From positions 31,982 to 95,981 of the forward strand of contig CAYXFD010000008.1 of NCBI GenBank assembly GCA_964464175.1: a stretch of DNA of 64,000 bases. Reading direction: 5' to 3'. This DNA comes from an uncultured Candidatus Cloacimonadota bacterium. GTDB taxonomy: Bacteria; Cloacimonadota; Cloacimonadia; Cloacimonadales; JAJBBL01. The notes under the pieces were generated by a model. The model saw only the letters and a program-made list of their open reading frames with translations. It was not told where the DNA came from and made no database searches. Numbering within the stretch: position 1 is the first letter of the stretch; each line of letters begins with the position of its first letter. The position numbers and the translations under genes were made by a program. Positions 1-10,278 of this stretch are shown one piece after another.

Positions 1-2143
1 CCCTGACCAGATGAAGAGCAGTTAAGGTAGTATCAATATGAGTTTGTAACCTTTTCCAGATATCCTGACCATAAAAATCCTCAGTAATCATCAGGTTCTC
101 GATGTTAATCTTTTCAGCGAGATATGGTAACCCCCCATAGTGGTCACTATGAGGATGGGTTATGATCAACCAGTCGAGCTTGCTGATACCTTTTTGTTTG
201 AAATAGGGAAGGACAGAGAAGCGAAAATGGATTCCCTCTTCTTCAGAGGCACCGGTATCAATCAGTATTCTCTCATTATCAGGAGTTTCGATGAGAAAAG
301 AGTCTCCATGACCGACATGGAAGAGAGAGACAGTCAGATAACCGGACTTTCGGGGAAGAGAGCTTAAAACGATGACAAGAAGAATGAAAACCATCAAAAC
401 AGGAAAGAACCAGTAGGCAAATTTTGAGTCTTTTTGACATCCCTTCACTTTCTTTTTTCCGGAAGCTGCTGCAAAAGAGTAGTCCTGTTTTTTCATTATC
501 AGGCTGCTAAAGATTCCAAGAAAGCAACCTGCTAAGAGGAGCTGCAATCTGTTGAAAGGAATAAAATCGAAAAAAAGAGGTAATGAGGCAACGAAATCAC
601 TCCATTCAGAAAAGATTGAGATCAGAAGGAAATACAATTCCTGAAAAGGAAGAAGCAGCAGAGGAAACGGAGGGAGGAAAACAATAAGCAGGGCGAGCGG
701 CATAATCAAACCGAGCATGAGAATCCCAATAACATTTCCGATAAGACCATTTAGGGAAATGTGATTGAAATAGTATAAAGTCAGAGGGCTCAAAAAAAGT
801 GAGATAAACAGACTGGCAAGAAAAAGCTGACATAGACGGTAAGCTATCAGGTTTAGCGGTTTGGTCTCTTTAGAAAGCAGATGAGCTTTACAAGGAGAAG
901 TGAAAAAGGGGAGGATGTTTATCAGAACAAAGACAGAGAGAAAAGAGAATTGCAGGCCGATAGAAAATATCTGTAAGGGAGAAATTGCCGTTATTATGAT
1001 CAGAGTCGCAGCTAATATATTGTTATAGGATGGCTTTCGCTGGAAGATGCGGCAGATCATTAAAAGTGAGAGCATTACAACAGCCCTGCTGATCGAGGCT
1101 GACCAGCTGCATAGTTCTCCATAGAGAATGAAAAAGAGTATCAGTACCATTGCTGCCGGAGTTCGGCGGACATGCAGAAGTTTAAGCAGGGTGAGCAGGA
1201 AAAGTGTCACAATTCCCAGATGGAGTCCGCTGATGGCAGTTAGATGGGTCATACCCCCTGTTACCATAAGGTCACGCAGGTATCCCAAATCTCTTCTCTC
1301 CCCGAGAAGCACCGCTTTGGTAAATCCAGGCTCGATTTTCCTTTCCCCATTATTCATTTTCTCATTACCCTGAGCCGGTGGTAACATAATACGGGCATTG
1401 ATCCTTCCATTGATAAAGCGGCGGATATTAATGATTTGCTCTCTTACGAAACTCTGTCTCAGAGCAACTCTATCCGCAGGATAAACAGGTGTTCTGGCTT
1501 TTCCGATTATAGTTTCACTATTCTTCAGGCGGTAGTATGGTTCAGGGATACGCGAGAATTCTTCTCTGGAATGGTAGGGTGATATCTCAGCTATCGTTTT
1601 GATATGAGCACCGGCAACCAGGTCTTTAGGTTCAAAGGCTAAGTAAGATTCCGGAAAAGTCAGAATAATCTTACCCTTCACCGGAAGATTGTCAATACTT
1701 TGCAGGGTTCCCTCAATTCTGTAGTTGCTGCCGAATCTTTGTTTTCTGATTTCCGGTTCTCTCATTAGGCTGACAACAATATTCTTAGTTATCTGACTAT
1801 CAGGAGCTAAAAGATTACCGATCTGATTTTCTGCTGTCAGAATTAAGCTACCTGCCCTGAAATATCCGGTAACGAAAATCAGCAGGGCTATACTACCTAT
1901 TCGGAATGATCTATTATTGACAGCAAGGAATAAAACAGAGAGGAAAAGAGACAAAGAGATCATCAGAAGTAAGAAATAATGGCAATTTGAGAAGAGAGGC
2001 AGATAGAAGCCGGCTGCTATTCCTGTAATCCAGAACAGAGCAGGGAAAAGAAGAGGTGTAGTACTCCCGCGCAGAGATAAGATACTGCTACTCTTAAAAG
2101 CAGCGAGAGAATAGTTGTTCTTCACACCCTTTTTTTTATCCAT
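1..2143 (-). CDS. comEC: ComEC/Rec2 DNA-uptake competence protein (C-terminal end runs off the left window edge)
   Basis: Hand translation of the minus strand from ATG at 2143 is open down to position 1. It is absent from the ORF track because there is no stop in the window. The N-terminal half is multi-TM and carries the competence-domain motif TGGMTHLTAISGLHLG. A metallo-beta-lactamase domain follows (VSLFHVGHGDSFLIETPD ... WLIITHPHSDHYGGLPYL). Confidence 0.85.
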   Translation of the reverse strand, partial: MDKKKGVKNNYSLAAFKSSSILSLRGSTTPLLFPALFWITGIAAGFYLPLFSNCHYFLLLMISLSLFLSVLFLAVNNRSFRIGSIALLIFVTGYFRAGSLILTAENQIGNLLAPDSQITKNIVVSLMREPEIRKQRFGSNYRIEGTLQSIDNLPVKGKIILTFPESYLAFEPKDLVAGAHIKTIAEISPYHSREEFSRIPEPYYRLKNSETIIGKARTPVYPADRVALRQSFVREQIINIRRFINGRINARIMLPPAQGNEKMNNGERKIEPGFTKAVLLGERRDLGYLRDLMVTGGMTHLTAISGLHLGIVTLFLLTLLKLLHVRRTPAAMVLILFFILYGELCSWSASISRAVVMLSLLMICRIFQRKPSYNNILAATLIIITAISPLQIFSIGLQFSFLSVFVLINILPFFTSPCKAHLLSKETKPLNLIAYRLCQLFLASLFISLFLSPLTLYYFNHISLNGLIGNVIGILMLGLIMPLALLIVFLPPFPLLLLPFQELYFLLISIFSEWSDFVASLPLFFDFIPFNRLQLLLAGCFLGIFSSLIMKKQDYSFAAASGKKKVKGCQKDSKFAYWFFPVLMVFILLVIVLSSLPRKSGYLTVSLFHVGHGDSFLIETPDNERILIDTGASEEEGIHFRFSVLPYFKQKGISKLDWLIITHPHSDHYGGLPYLAEKINIENLMITEDFYGQDIWKRLQTHIDTTLTALHLVR

Positions 2144-2390
2144 CACAATCCTGCCCCGCTATTGTGGGATAACGTAGATTTTTGGAAGCTCCCCGAAGGA
2201 TAAGGAAACTATCCTCTCTGCAAGGCTTTTTTTGCTGAGTTGAGATAAAAGGGAAACACCTTGCATGGAGAGCTTATTTGGGGATTTAATCCGGTTAAGC
2301 CGAATCAAATCCTGCTACTCCGTACTTTTAGTTACTAACGAATTCCTTCAATCTGTAATCTTATTCTTACACTATTCTCCGGTAATGAAA

Positions 2391-3521
2391 CTACTCATGA
2401 TCGGAAACTATCTCTTGAAAGATATTATCATTAATCTGCAGCACTGTTTCCAGGTCCGGATTTACTATGTTTTCTTGTTTATTGAGCCGATCTTCTACCA
2501 GCTGCCGGATAGCAAGATAGGATATTTTCCTGTCTAAAAACAGTTTCACGGCAGCCTCATTGGCTGCATTAAGGACGGTTGGCATTATTCCTCCGGCTTT
2601 TCCCGCAATCCTTGATAATTCACAAAGCGGATACCTCTCCGGGTCAATAGGAGAAAAGGTCAAAGAAGGGAGGTCGATAAGCCTGGTATTCACCAGATCC
2701 GATTCTATATGGTGGGGATAAGAGAGGGCATAGAGTATCGGCAGCTGCATGGTAGGGTTGCTTAACTGGGCGAGAATAGAGCCGTCAGAGCATTCGACAA
2801 GAGAGTGAATGATCGACTGAGGATGAATGACAGCAGATATTCTTTCGTAGGGAAGTTGGAATAACCAATGAGCTTCGATAATTTCCAATCCTTTATTGAA
2901 CATAGTAGCCGAATCAATACTGATCTTGGAGCCCATTGACCAGGTAGGGTGCTGCAATGCCTGTTCCGGGGTGATACGGGTGAATTCCTGAAGCGGCAGT
3001 TCTCTGAAAGGTCCGCCGGAAGCGGTTAACACAACTTTTCTTACCTCTTTTACAGAAAGCCCGGAAAAAAGCTGGAAGAGGGCACTATGCTCGCTGTCGA
3101 TCGGAATGATTCGTTTTTGTTTGATCTTATCCTGAAAAAGATGACCGGCCATGACCAGAGATTCTTTGTTAGCCAGAGCAAGGATGTGATTATGGGAGAG
3201 AATATGATGAGAGTAGATCAACCCTGCTGAACCTGAGATAGCATTAATAACGAGATCAAATTCTTCAGAAGCGAGAATACTCAAAACCTCACTCTGTCCA
3301 TGATAGAATGAGTCACCACGCTTACCGGTCTCCGGTGGGTAATTATTGCCGGTGATTGCTGTCTTATCAATTTTCAGCTCTGCTGCTAATGAGGAGAGCA
3401 ATTCATAGTTATTGTGGGTAGTCGCAAATGAGATATGGAAGAGATCTGAGTGTCTTCGGACAACCTCAACAACAGAAAGCCCGATAGAGCCGGTCAGTCC
3501 TAAAACTGCAATTCTTTTCAT
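2391..3521 (-). CDS. dxr: 1-deoxy-D-xylulose-5-phosphate reductoisomerase
   Basis: 376 aa. NADPH-binding N-terminus MKRIAVLGLTGSIGLS, plus LANKESLV and PIDSEHSA motifs characteristic of Dxr. Confidence 0.95.
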   Translation of the reverse strand: MKRIAVLGLTGSIGLSVVEVVRRHSDLFHISFATTHNNYELLSSLAAELKIDKTAITGNNYPPETGKRGDSFYHGQSEVLSILASEEFDLVINAISGSAGLIYSHHILSHNHILALANKESLVMAGHLFQDKIKQKRIIPIDSEHSALFQLFSGLSVKEVRKVVLTASGGPFRELPLQEFTRITPEQALQHPTWSMGSKISIDSATMFNKGLEIIEAHWLFQLPYERISAVIHPQSIIHSLVECSDGSILAQLSNPTMQLPILYALSYPHHIESDLVNTRLIDLPSLTFSPIDPERYPLCELSRIAGKAGGIMPTVLNAANEAAVKLFLDRKISYLAIRQLVEDRLNKQENIVNPDLETVLQINDNIFQEIVSDHE

Positions 3522-3568
3522 GGTTTATTCCACATTCTCCTGATACTTGCTCACCGGTATCCAGTTTC

Positions 3569-4615
3569 CTAAAGCTTTAAAGCGAGAGAGACCCGGTGAG
3601 AATTATCTATTTCGGTATTGTGTTTGAAAGCGTAGTTTATCTGAAACTGAGCAATATTGACCGATAAACCGGTAGTAATATTCTCGATATCATATCCGGC
3701 ATAAAGATTAACATAATCGGGAATCGGTATCTCCAATCCGAAATGGTAATCAAAACTGAACAAACCTAAATAATGAGTAGCTGCTTCTTTACGTCCCTCG
3801 GTGATGACTTCCGTACCCCCTATCAGTCTTGATTTTCCGCCGATCAGAGGAGTCGGGAAATAGTAACTCATCTCCAGATCCAGACCGGGATTGACAATTT
3901 CGTGAGTTCCGTTATTCCAGAATATCTGGGTTGAGAAGAAATCACGAAGTTTCATCCCTAACAGGACATTATCATGAGGCTGGATAAAGGTTGAAACATC
4001 AGCGCCAAAGCCATAACCGCTTGTCTCGGCAAGATAACGGTAGGCAAGTTTAGGAGTAAAACCAATCACATAAGATCCGATCCTCCGGTAGAAGCCGAAA
4101 TAGAGCAGATAATCAGCATTGTTTACTTTCTTATATTCATAGGGACGATTATCATTGGAAAGCGGTTCATCTGGATTCGGAAGTCTGGTCAGGGGGATAT
4201 TATTGATCCCGATCCGTGATAGTGAAAGAGCGTAACGGGTTTGACTTCCCCAGACTGCCGAGAACGTATCATAAGTCACCAAACCCATGAATTCTTCAGC
4301 ATGCATTAATTCAAAAGACGAGTCTTTTTCTTCGGATTTTGCCAGTAAAGCGGGATTCCAGTAGGCAATAGCAGGTGATTGATAATCAGTCAGACCGGTA
4401 TTTCCCAGAGCAAAATTCCTTACTCCCGCCCCCATGCGGAAAATCTCTCCGGCATATTTTTCTGCCGAGAGGTTTACCGGAAGGCAGAGAATGATCAAAG
4501 AAATGATAAAACAGGGTAAGAGAAGAAATGTTATCCTTTTCTTCCCTGAAGTCCTCAATGGTTCATGATCCGGATGTAATACCGGATAATACTGGAGGTG
4601 TTCTTTCCCCTTCAT
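3569..4615 (-). CDS. putative outer-membrane beta-barrel protein (PorV/PorQ/FadL-like)
   Basis: 348 aa with a hydrophobic signal/anchor (FLLLPCFIISLIILCLPVNLSA). The motif GAGVRNFALGNTG...AIAYWNPALLA resembles PorV/PorQ-type barrels, and an alternating beta-strand pattern runs to the C-terminus. The function rests on weak resemblance only. Confidence 0.4.
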   Translation of the reverse strand: MKGKEHLQYYPVLHPDHEPLRTSGKKRITFLLLPCFIISLIILCLPVNLSAEKYAGEIFRMGAGVRNFALGNTGLTDYQSPAIAYWNPALLAKSEEKDSSFELMHAEEFMGLVTYDTFSAVWGSQTRYALSLSRIGINNIPLTRLPNPDEPLSNDNRPYEYKKVNNADYLLYFGFYRRIGSYVIGFTPKLAYRYLAETSGYGFGADVSTFIQPHDNVLLGMKLRDFFSTQIFWNNGTHEIVNPGLDLEMSYYFPTPLIGGKSRLIGGTEVITEGRKEAATHYLGLFSFDYHFGLEIPIPDYVNLYAGYDIENITTGLSVNIAQFQINYAFKHNTEIDNSHRVSLALKL

Positions 4616-4777
4616 ATTTGTCTCCCTCTTTGTTTTTTTGTTTGATTCTTTCTGTTTAATGTCAACAGCTCCCCGAATTAGTTAAATTTACTTCTGCTTG
4701 CAGTTTTGGATTGCGAATGTCTGTATTTCTCTTTAACATTATCTTTGTTACTTTGTTACAAGAAATTTTTTGCAACA

Positions 4778-6991
4778 TTACCGTTCGGCTGTCTGCTCCG
4801 TCAAGATTTTAACGTAAGAGCCGATGATCTTCTTCAATTTCCCGTCACTGAAAAGAATCGACAACTTTGCTTCTTTGCCCTTGCCGTCAACACCTAAAAC
4901 AGTTCCCGAACCGTACTGCTTATGACTTACTTTTTGTCCGATCCGGAAACCCGGTTCATCTTTGCTGTTCCATTCCTTTTTCCTATTCTTTTCCGACCCG
5001 GGAGATTTCGACTGTTTAGAGTAAAATGGTGATTTCATCTGACCGGAAAAAATCTCTTTCAGGAATCTGCTCGGTTGGGTGGGCTCATAGCCGTAGTAGG
5101 TACGGCGGTATTTGGCATAACTGATAAAGAGACGGGATTTAGCTCTTGTCATGCCGACATAGAGGAGTCTTCGTTCTTCTTCGATCTCATCATTGTTTAT
5201 CAGGGAGAGCTGGTGGGGTAAGAGTTTTTCCTCCAGACCGGTGATAAAAACGGTGTCAAATTCCAAGCCCTTGGCATTATGCAGTGTCATCAGATTGACA
5301 CGTTGTTCTGTTTCTCCGGCAACCGGGAGCTTATCATACTCCGATTCGAGTGTCGTGAAGAGAGAGATATTCTGGAGGAAATCGTTTAATAATGCTCTTT
5401 GTTTCGTTTCCCGGTAAAAGTTTTCAGAGAAATCACCGGCTGCAACAAGAAATTCTTTGATATTCTCCTGACGGGTAACATCTTTATAGTCCTTACTCTC
5501 CTCATAGTGTTCGATAAGATCAACAGAGTCATAGACATCTTCCAGCAGAGCTGTAACCTCTGTGTCTTCTGCCATCTTTTGCCAGCGGAGAATCTGTCTG
5601 GCTAATGTATCGATCTTTTCCTGCTGTCGTTTCGACAATGACGTTATCCTGTCAGCCATAGTCATAGCCTCAAAAAGCGAGAGTTCAGAGTCTGCTGCAA
5701 AATTAATAACTTTTCCGATGGTGATACTTCCGATGCCCCGGGCAGGGAAATTGATTATCCTCAAAAGGCTTTCGGTATCCCTCGGATTGACTATCAGCCG
5801 GAGATAGGCGATAATGTCCTTGATCTCTTTACGCTGGAAGAAATTGAGTGAACCGTGGATCTTATAAGGGATTCCCAATTCCAGACAGACAGTTTCGAAA
5901 ACTCTTGATTGGGCATTTGTCCGATATAGAATTGCTGCTGTCTCCTCTTTTTGCTTACCTTCAGTTGATCTCCAGTATTGAGATATCTCGCTCACGATTG
6001 TTTTTGCTTCTTCCGTATCGCTTTCATAGGTATGAAGGAAAGGCTGATCTCCGGTTTTAGTTTCTGACCATAGTTTTTTGGGATGCCGTTTGCTGTTGCA
6101 GGAGATTAACTGATTGGCTAAGTCCAGTATAGGCTGGGAAGAACGATAGTTTTGTTCCAGACGGATGGTCTTTGCCTGGGAAAAATCTTTCGAGAAGTTA
6201 ATAATATTCTGGATAGAGGCCCCCCGCCAACTGTAGATGGCTTGGTCATCATCACCCACGGCACAGATATTGCCGTGCTCGCTCCCCAGAAGCTGGATAA
6301 TCCGGAACTGAGCATAATTTGTATCTTGATATTCATCGATCATAATATGGGAGAACTTTTCTCTGTATTTTCTGAGTACGATCTCGTTACTTGCTAAAAG
6401 CAGTGCTGTTTCCATCAGCAGATCATCAAAATCCAGCCCGTTATTCTCCCTTAGTCTCTTTTGATAGACCTGATAAATCTTCTTAACTGCTTTAGTATAA
6501 GCGTTTTCCGGATGGTAATCGTAAAAGTCTTGGGGGGTGATTAGCGAATTCTTTGTTTTGCTGATGATGGAAGCAAGAGTGTTTACCGGCATTGTCGATT
6601 GCTGATAATCAAGATCTTTGCAGATTTTTTTCAGCAGGCTCTTTTGATCATCTCCGTCGAAGATCGTATAATTGCTCGTAAAGGAGAGATTATGTTCAAC
6701 GGCTTCCCGGCGGAGAATATTGGCACAGATGGAATGAAAGGTTCCTACCCAGAGAGAACGGGTTTCGATTACAAGGAGCTGGGAAAGGCGTTCTTTCAAT
6801 TCTCTGGCAGCCTTGTTCGTAAAAGTAACGATCAACACTTTCCAGGGAGGTATGCCCAGTTCATTGATCAAATAAGCTGTCCGGTAGATTATCGTCCTCG
6901 TTTTTCCGCTTCCGGCTCCGGCGAAGACCAATAAAGGTCCTTCTGTGTTTAGGACTACCTGCTGCTGCTGAGGATCTAAATTATCAAGCAT
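4778..6991 (-). CDS. uvrD: UvrD/PcrA-family ATP-dependent DNA helicase (SF1A)
   Basis: 737 aa. Walker A AGAGSGKT, DEYQDT (motif II), QNYRS and TLHNAKGLEF motifs, and a C-terminal Tudor-like tail (GQKVSHKQYGSGTV). Confidence 0.93.
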   Translation of the reverse strand: MLDNLDPQQQQVVLNTEGPLLVFAGAGSGKTRTIIYRTAYLINELGIPPWKVLIVTFTNKAARELKERLSQLLVIETRSLWVGTFHSICANILRREAVEHNLSFTSNYTIFDGDDQKSLLKKICKDLDYQQSTMPVNTLASIISKTKNSLITPQDFYDYHPENAYTKAVKKIYQVYQKRLRENNGLDFDDLLMETALLLASNEIVLRKYREKFSHIMIDEYQDTNYAQFRIIQLLGSEHGNICAVGDDDQAIYSWRGASIQNIINFSKDFSQAKTIRLEQNYRSSQPILDLANQLISCNSKRHPKKLWSETKTGDQPFLHTYESDTEEAKTIVSEISQYWRSTEGKQKEETAAILYRTNAQSRVFETVCLELGIPYKIHGSLNFFQRKEIKDIIAYLRLIVNPRDTESLLRIINFPARGIGSITIGKVINFAADSELSLFEAMTMADRITSLSKRQQEKIDTLARQILRWQKMAEDTEVTALLEDVYDSVDLIEHYEESKDYKDVTRQENIKEFLVAAGDFSENFYRETKQRALLNDFLQNISLFTTLESEYDKLPVAGETEQRVNLMTLHNAKGLEFDTVFITGLEEKLLPHQLSLINNDEIEEERRLLYVGMTRAKSRLFISYAKYRRTYYGYEPTQPSRFLKEIFSGQMKSPFYSKQSKSPGSEKNRKKEWNSKDEPGFRIGQKVSHKQYGSGTVLGVDGKGKEAKLSILFSDGKLKKIIGSYVKILTEQTAER

Positions 6992-7033
6992 CTATCTTTA
7001 CTGTCGAATCATAAAAAACTAAACCAGGCATCT

Positions 7034-7441
7034 TTAAAACTCGACTCTTACATAATCGGATAATTTACCTTCCAGTCTTCCCTGGGGATATTCAATAAAA
7101 GCAGAGAGCCAGTAAAAATACTGCCTGCCGGAAGTAATGCCCTGAGTATCGGAGTATTCTTCAATGTCACCAAACTCGATAGTTGCGATTCTCTCTTTAA
7201 CTGTATGCAGGGAGAGAGCCCGGTACACATAGTAACCGTCGGCAGCAAGGAGTTGACTCCATCTCAAGACTACAGTATTTTGCGGTGAAGTTATCTTTGA
7301 GAAAGTAATTTCGGAAACTCTTCCTGGGGCGGAAACATCGGAACTTGCTGAGGGATCGAGCGGATTACTTCTGTCGAGACTGCAGGAATTAATAAAGAAC
7401 AACAAGGTCAAAACAGCTAAAAGAATAATCATTCTGAACAT
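7034..7441 (-). CDS. small lipoprotein with FN3-like fold, function unknown
   Basis: 135 aa. Lipobox LLFFINSC|S and an FN3-like signature VVLRWSQ..ADGYYVYR. Confidence 0.5.
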   Translation of the reverse strand: MFRMIILLAVLTLLFFINSCSLDRSNPLDPSASSDVSAPGRVSEITFSKITSPQNTVVLRWSQLLAADGYYVYRALSLHTVKERIATIEFGDIEEYSDTQGITSGRQYFYWLSAFIEYPQGRLEGKLSDYVRVEF

Positions 7442-7498
7442 ACTTACTCCGAAACCTTTATACTATCTTGTTATAGAGGTTATTGCTTATTTTCATTT

Positions 7499-8089
7499 CT
7501 AAAACCTGAAGGAAACTCCATTGGGAGAAATGGAGATTTCGTAAGAATTCTCTCTCTCATTCAATTCTCTCCATCTCTCATAATTATACTGATTGGTTTC
7601 ATTGATAACATCATAGATCGAGTATCCCCAGACCACAATAAACAGACCAATGAAGAGATTCGATTGACGGTAGGGTATCAAGGCGTTGTTATAATGTTCA
7701 TCGATCTCATCGATCTGGGTAGCTTTTTTGTATTTCCGGTAATGGATCATTGATCTTTCATAAAAATAAAGAGTTGTTCCGAGAAGAGCTAATTGTGATC
7801 CGAGCAAGATCTGACCTTTAGTATAGCTTTTCACTGAAAAATGACCCCAGCCCGGAGCAACAGCAGTTTTCAGGGCATTAGTCAAAGGTGATTGCCGAAT
7901 CTCCAGATAGTCTTCAAGGAGCAAATTGCTTTGTGACAAACTGTCTCTGAAAGTATAGCGGTCTTCGGCATTATACCACTCGTACTTATAGGGGTCGGAA
8001 AAATCCATAATGCTGAAATCTTCTGCAAATAAAAGAGAACAGCCGCTCACCATTAAGAGGCAAACTAAGGTGTAAATTTTTACTTTCAT
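7499..8089 (-). CDS. hypothetical membrane/lipoprotein (DUF5683-like PGWG motif)
   Basis: 196 aa. Signal with Cys (LLMVSGCS), APGWGHF motif and two hydrophobic helices. The family assignment is tentative. Confidence 0.45.
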   Translation of the reverse strand: MKVKIYTLVCLLMVSGCSLLFAEDFSIMDFSDPYKYEWYNAEDRYTFRDSLSQSNLLLEDYLEIRQSPLTNALKTAVAPGWGHFSVKSYTKGQILLGSQLALLGTTLYFYERSMIHYRKYKKATQIDEIDEHYNNALIPYRQSNLFIGLFIVVWGYSIYDVINETNQYNYERWRELNERENSYEISISPNGVSFRF

Positions 8090-8114
8090 GATTCCGTCCA
8101 GATTGAGAGCTTGA

Positions 8115-9518
8115 TCATTCCATTATTTTTGTTGAAATAGTATTCAGAGGTGTCAGTTGCTTTGTTAACAGATTCACCTGCCAGATATAGTAATAGCTTT
8201 CAGTCCGGGAAGTAATATCATATCTGATTTCGTAACGATGTTCACCGGTGGAAAGCATAATTCTCCAGCCGGAAACATTGATCTCATCCTGATGCTTTTC
8301 CCGCAGATCATCGGCAATCTTATTCAGATTCTTAACAATAAGTCCGTTTTTATATTCAGTGATGATTTTTTCAGCAAAAAATTCCGGGTTTTCATCTAAC
8401 TGGATCATATTGGTTACATACGAAATTTTTTCGGAGGTCTCCGCTGATCTGTCTTTTGAAAAGGATTGCCTGTACAATCTTAGTGCTTCCTGATAATTCC
8501 CTTCATTTTCAGCTCTCAATGCCTGATCAAACAGCTCTTTAGCCTGCCGGAGATCATTTCTAAATTCTTCCGCCCTGGTGATGGCAGTAACTGCCGCCGG
8601 GTTATCCGGTATTATGGAGAATGTTTGACGGTATATTTCTATGGCTTCGGAGATCTTCCTTTCTCTTAAAAGGTTATTCCCCTGTTCGATCATTTCAGTT
8701 ATTGTCCGGTTAAGTCTTTCGGATATCTCCGATTTCAGTTCCGGGTCGTACTTTTCTGCTAAAGAATAGAGTTTTTCTGCTTCCTGATACTGTTGCTTAT
8801 CACGGTAATGATCGGCAAGTCTTAAATACTTCAGCCCAATCTCCTGTTTCAGAATTTCCTGATAAGAATGAGGGTAGCTAAGAAGCTGTTCTAATCTCTC
8901 AATTGCCTCTCTGTCGTCAGAAATGGATTTAGCTTCCTCAATGAATTCCGGCAGATAATCATCGATAATCTCCTTCGCATCTTCGGTAAAAATTTCTTCT
9001 TTATCCCTCTCGACCAGAAGTACATAATTATCAAATATTGTCTGAGGTTCCATATTGAATTGGTGCAGCATAACGAGCCGCCGATAGATTACCTCGTTTA
9101 ATGCCGGGATATCGGCAAAGGTCTCGATAATAAAATCGTACAACCCAATCGTTGCTTCCACATCTGCCTGGGAGGTAGTTTTGCCGACAAGAGTCAGATA
9201 ACAATCTATCATTTTTTCATCGGCTTTATCACTGTTAGCCAGATAAAAGAAACGGATTGCCAGTCGGTAATTTTCCCGGTTCATTGCCTGCATTCCTAAC
9301 CGGTAGTATGATTCCGAACGGTTATTCAAAGCTCTGGTTAAGAGTGCCCCGTCTTTGCTGCGGGCGATATATTCGTCATAATTCTCAATGGCTCCGATGT
9401 AGTTACCACGCTGCTGCAGATTATAAGCAGTAATATAGTAATTTGAGCTGCACCCGGAAAAAATCAGGATAGCCAAAGCTATTATCAACGCTAAGAGGTA
9501 TTCTTGTTTTCTAAACAC
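8115..9518 (-). CDS. TPR-repeat lipoprotein
   Basis: 467 aa. Lipobox LIFSGCSS and repeated TPR-like helices (GNYIGAIENYDEYI, YQEAEKLYSLAEKYDP, YQEALRLYRQS). The start overlaps the upstream MBL gene by 8 nt. Confidence 0.6.
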   Translation of the reverse strand: MFRKQEYLLALIIALAILIFSGCSSNYYITAYNLQQRGNYIGAIENYDEYIARSKDGALLTRALNNRSESYYRLGMQAMNRENYRLAIRFFYLANSDKADEKMIDCYLTLVGKTTSQADVEATIGLYDFIIETFADIPALNEVIYRRLVMLHQFNMEPQTIFDNYVLLVERDKEEIFTEDAKEIIDDYLPEFIEEAKSISDDREAIERLEQLLSYPHSYQEILKQEIGLKYLRLADHYRDKQQYQEAEKLYSLAEKYDPELKSEISERLNRTITEMIEQGNNLLRERKISEAIEIYRQTFSIIPDNPAAVTAITRAEEFRNDLRQAKELFDQALRAENEGNYQEALRLYRQSFSKDRSAETSEKISYVTNMIQLDENPEFFAEKIITEYKNGLIVKNLNKIADDLREKHQDEINVSGWRIMLSTGEHRYEIRYDITSRTESYYYIWQVNLLTKQLTPLNTISTKIME

Positions 9519-10278
9519 TTATCTCGTATCCGTCATCTGCGATATCAGCCCTGAGGGTGTTATCTTGGTTTAAGGCTTCTTGTAATCCGGCAGAAAGTCC
9601 ATGAACAAGAATAATCCTTTTATCTTTCTGCCTGAGCAGTTTAACAATCTCCTCACTCTCCGGATGGATTGCATCAATGATTAGTATATCGCTGGCGGTG
9701 ATGTAGTCCTTTAGAGAGTCTGTGGTTTTGATGTCTGAGCTTAACAGGATATTTTTCCTGCCGGTTCTGATAAAAAAAGAGTAAGAGTTCATCAAATTAG
9801 TTAGCTTTTCTTCCTGTATGAATTCCCGGTAATTAGAAAGATGGTCATTCATTACCGCTTTTATCTCGGGCAGATCTACGGAGAGGATGTTAACATCTTT
9901 GATCTCAATCTGATAACTCAATCTTTCCGGAAAGAGGTAAAACATATTCATAATCTCTATGAAGGACTCCCCTCTTTCAGGGAGATAGATCGTCAGAGTT
10001 TTGCTCCTCTCTTGCAGATAGAGCATCTGGATAACCATAAAGAGTCCTGTGATATGATCAGGATGAAAATGACTAATGATGATGAAGTCCACAGCATCTT
10101 TATCCAGACCGTATTCTAAGAGTTTCTTTGCCGTTCCTTCACCGCAGTCAAACAGAACATTGCGCTGACCGAGCTTACACCAGAAGGCGGAATGAGCTCT
10201 GCCGATAGCCGGCATTCCGGAAGCTGTCCCGAGCACCCGGGCAATTATCTCTTTTTTATCTTCCATTTGTTTGCTCAT
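9511..10278 (-). CDS. MBL-fold metallo-hydrolase (RNase Z-like)
   Basis: 255 aa. The HxHxDH motif appears as ISHFHPDHITG, with further His/Asp ligands downstream. There is a 4-nt overlap with the upstream GT4 gene. Confidence 0.75.
   Translation of the reverse strand: MSKQMEDKKEIIARVLGTASGMPAIGRAHSAFWCKLGQRNVLFDCGEGTAKKLLEYGLDKDAVDFIIISHFHPDHITGLFMVIQMLYLQERSKTLTIYLPERGESFIEIMNMFYLFPERLSYQIEIKDVNILSVDLPEIKAVMNDHLSNYREFIQEEKLTNLMNSYSFFIRTGRKNILLSSDIKTTDSLKDYITASDILIIDAIHPESEEIVKLLRQKDKRIILVHGLSAGLQEALNQDNTLRADIADDGYEISV

Noticed and set aside
5193-6934. A series of 68-111 aa plus-strand ORFs antisense to the UvrD/PcrA helicase gene
   Set aside because: These are shadow ORFs inside a strongly supported 737-aa gene. 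They have no independent motifs or RBSs.
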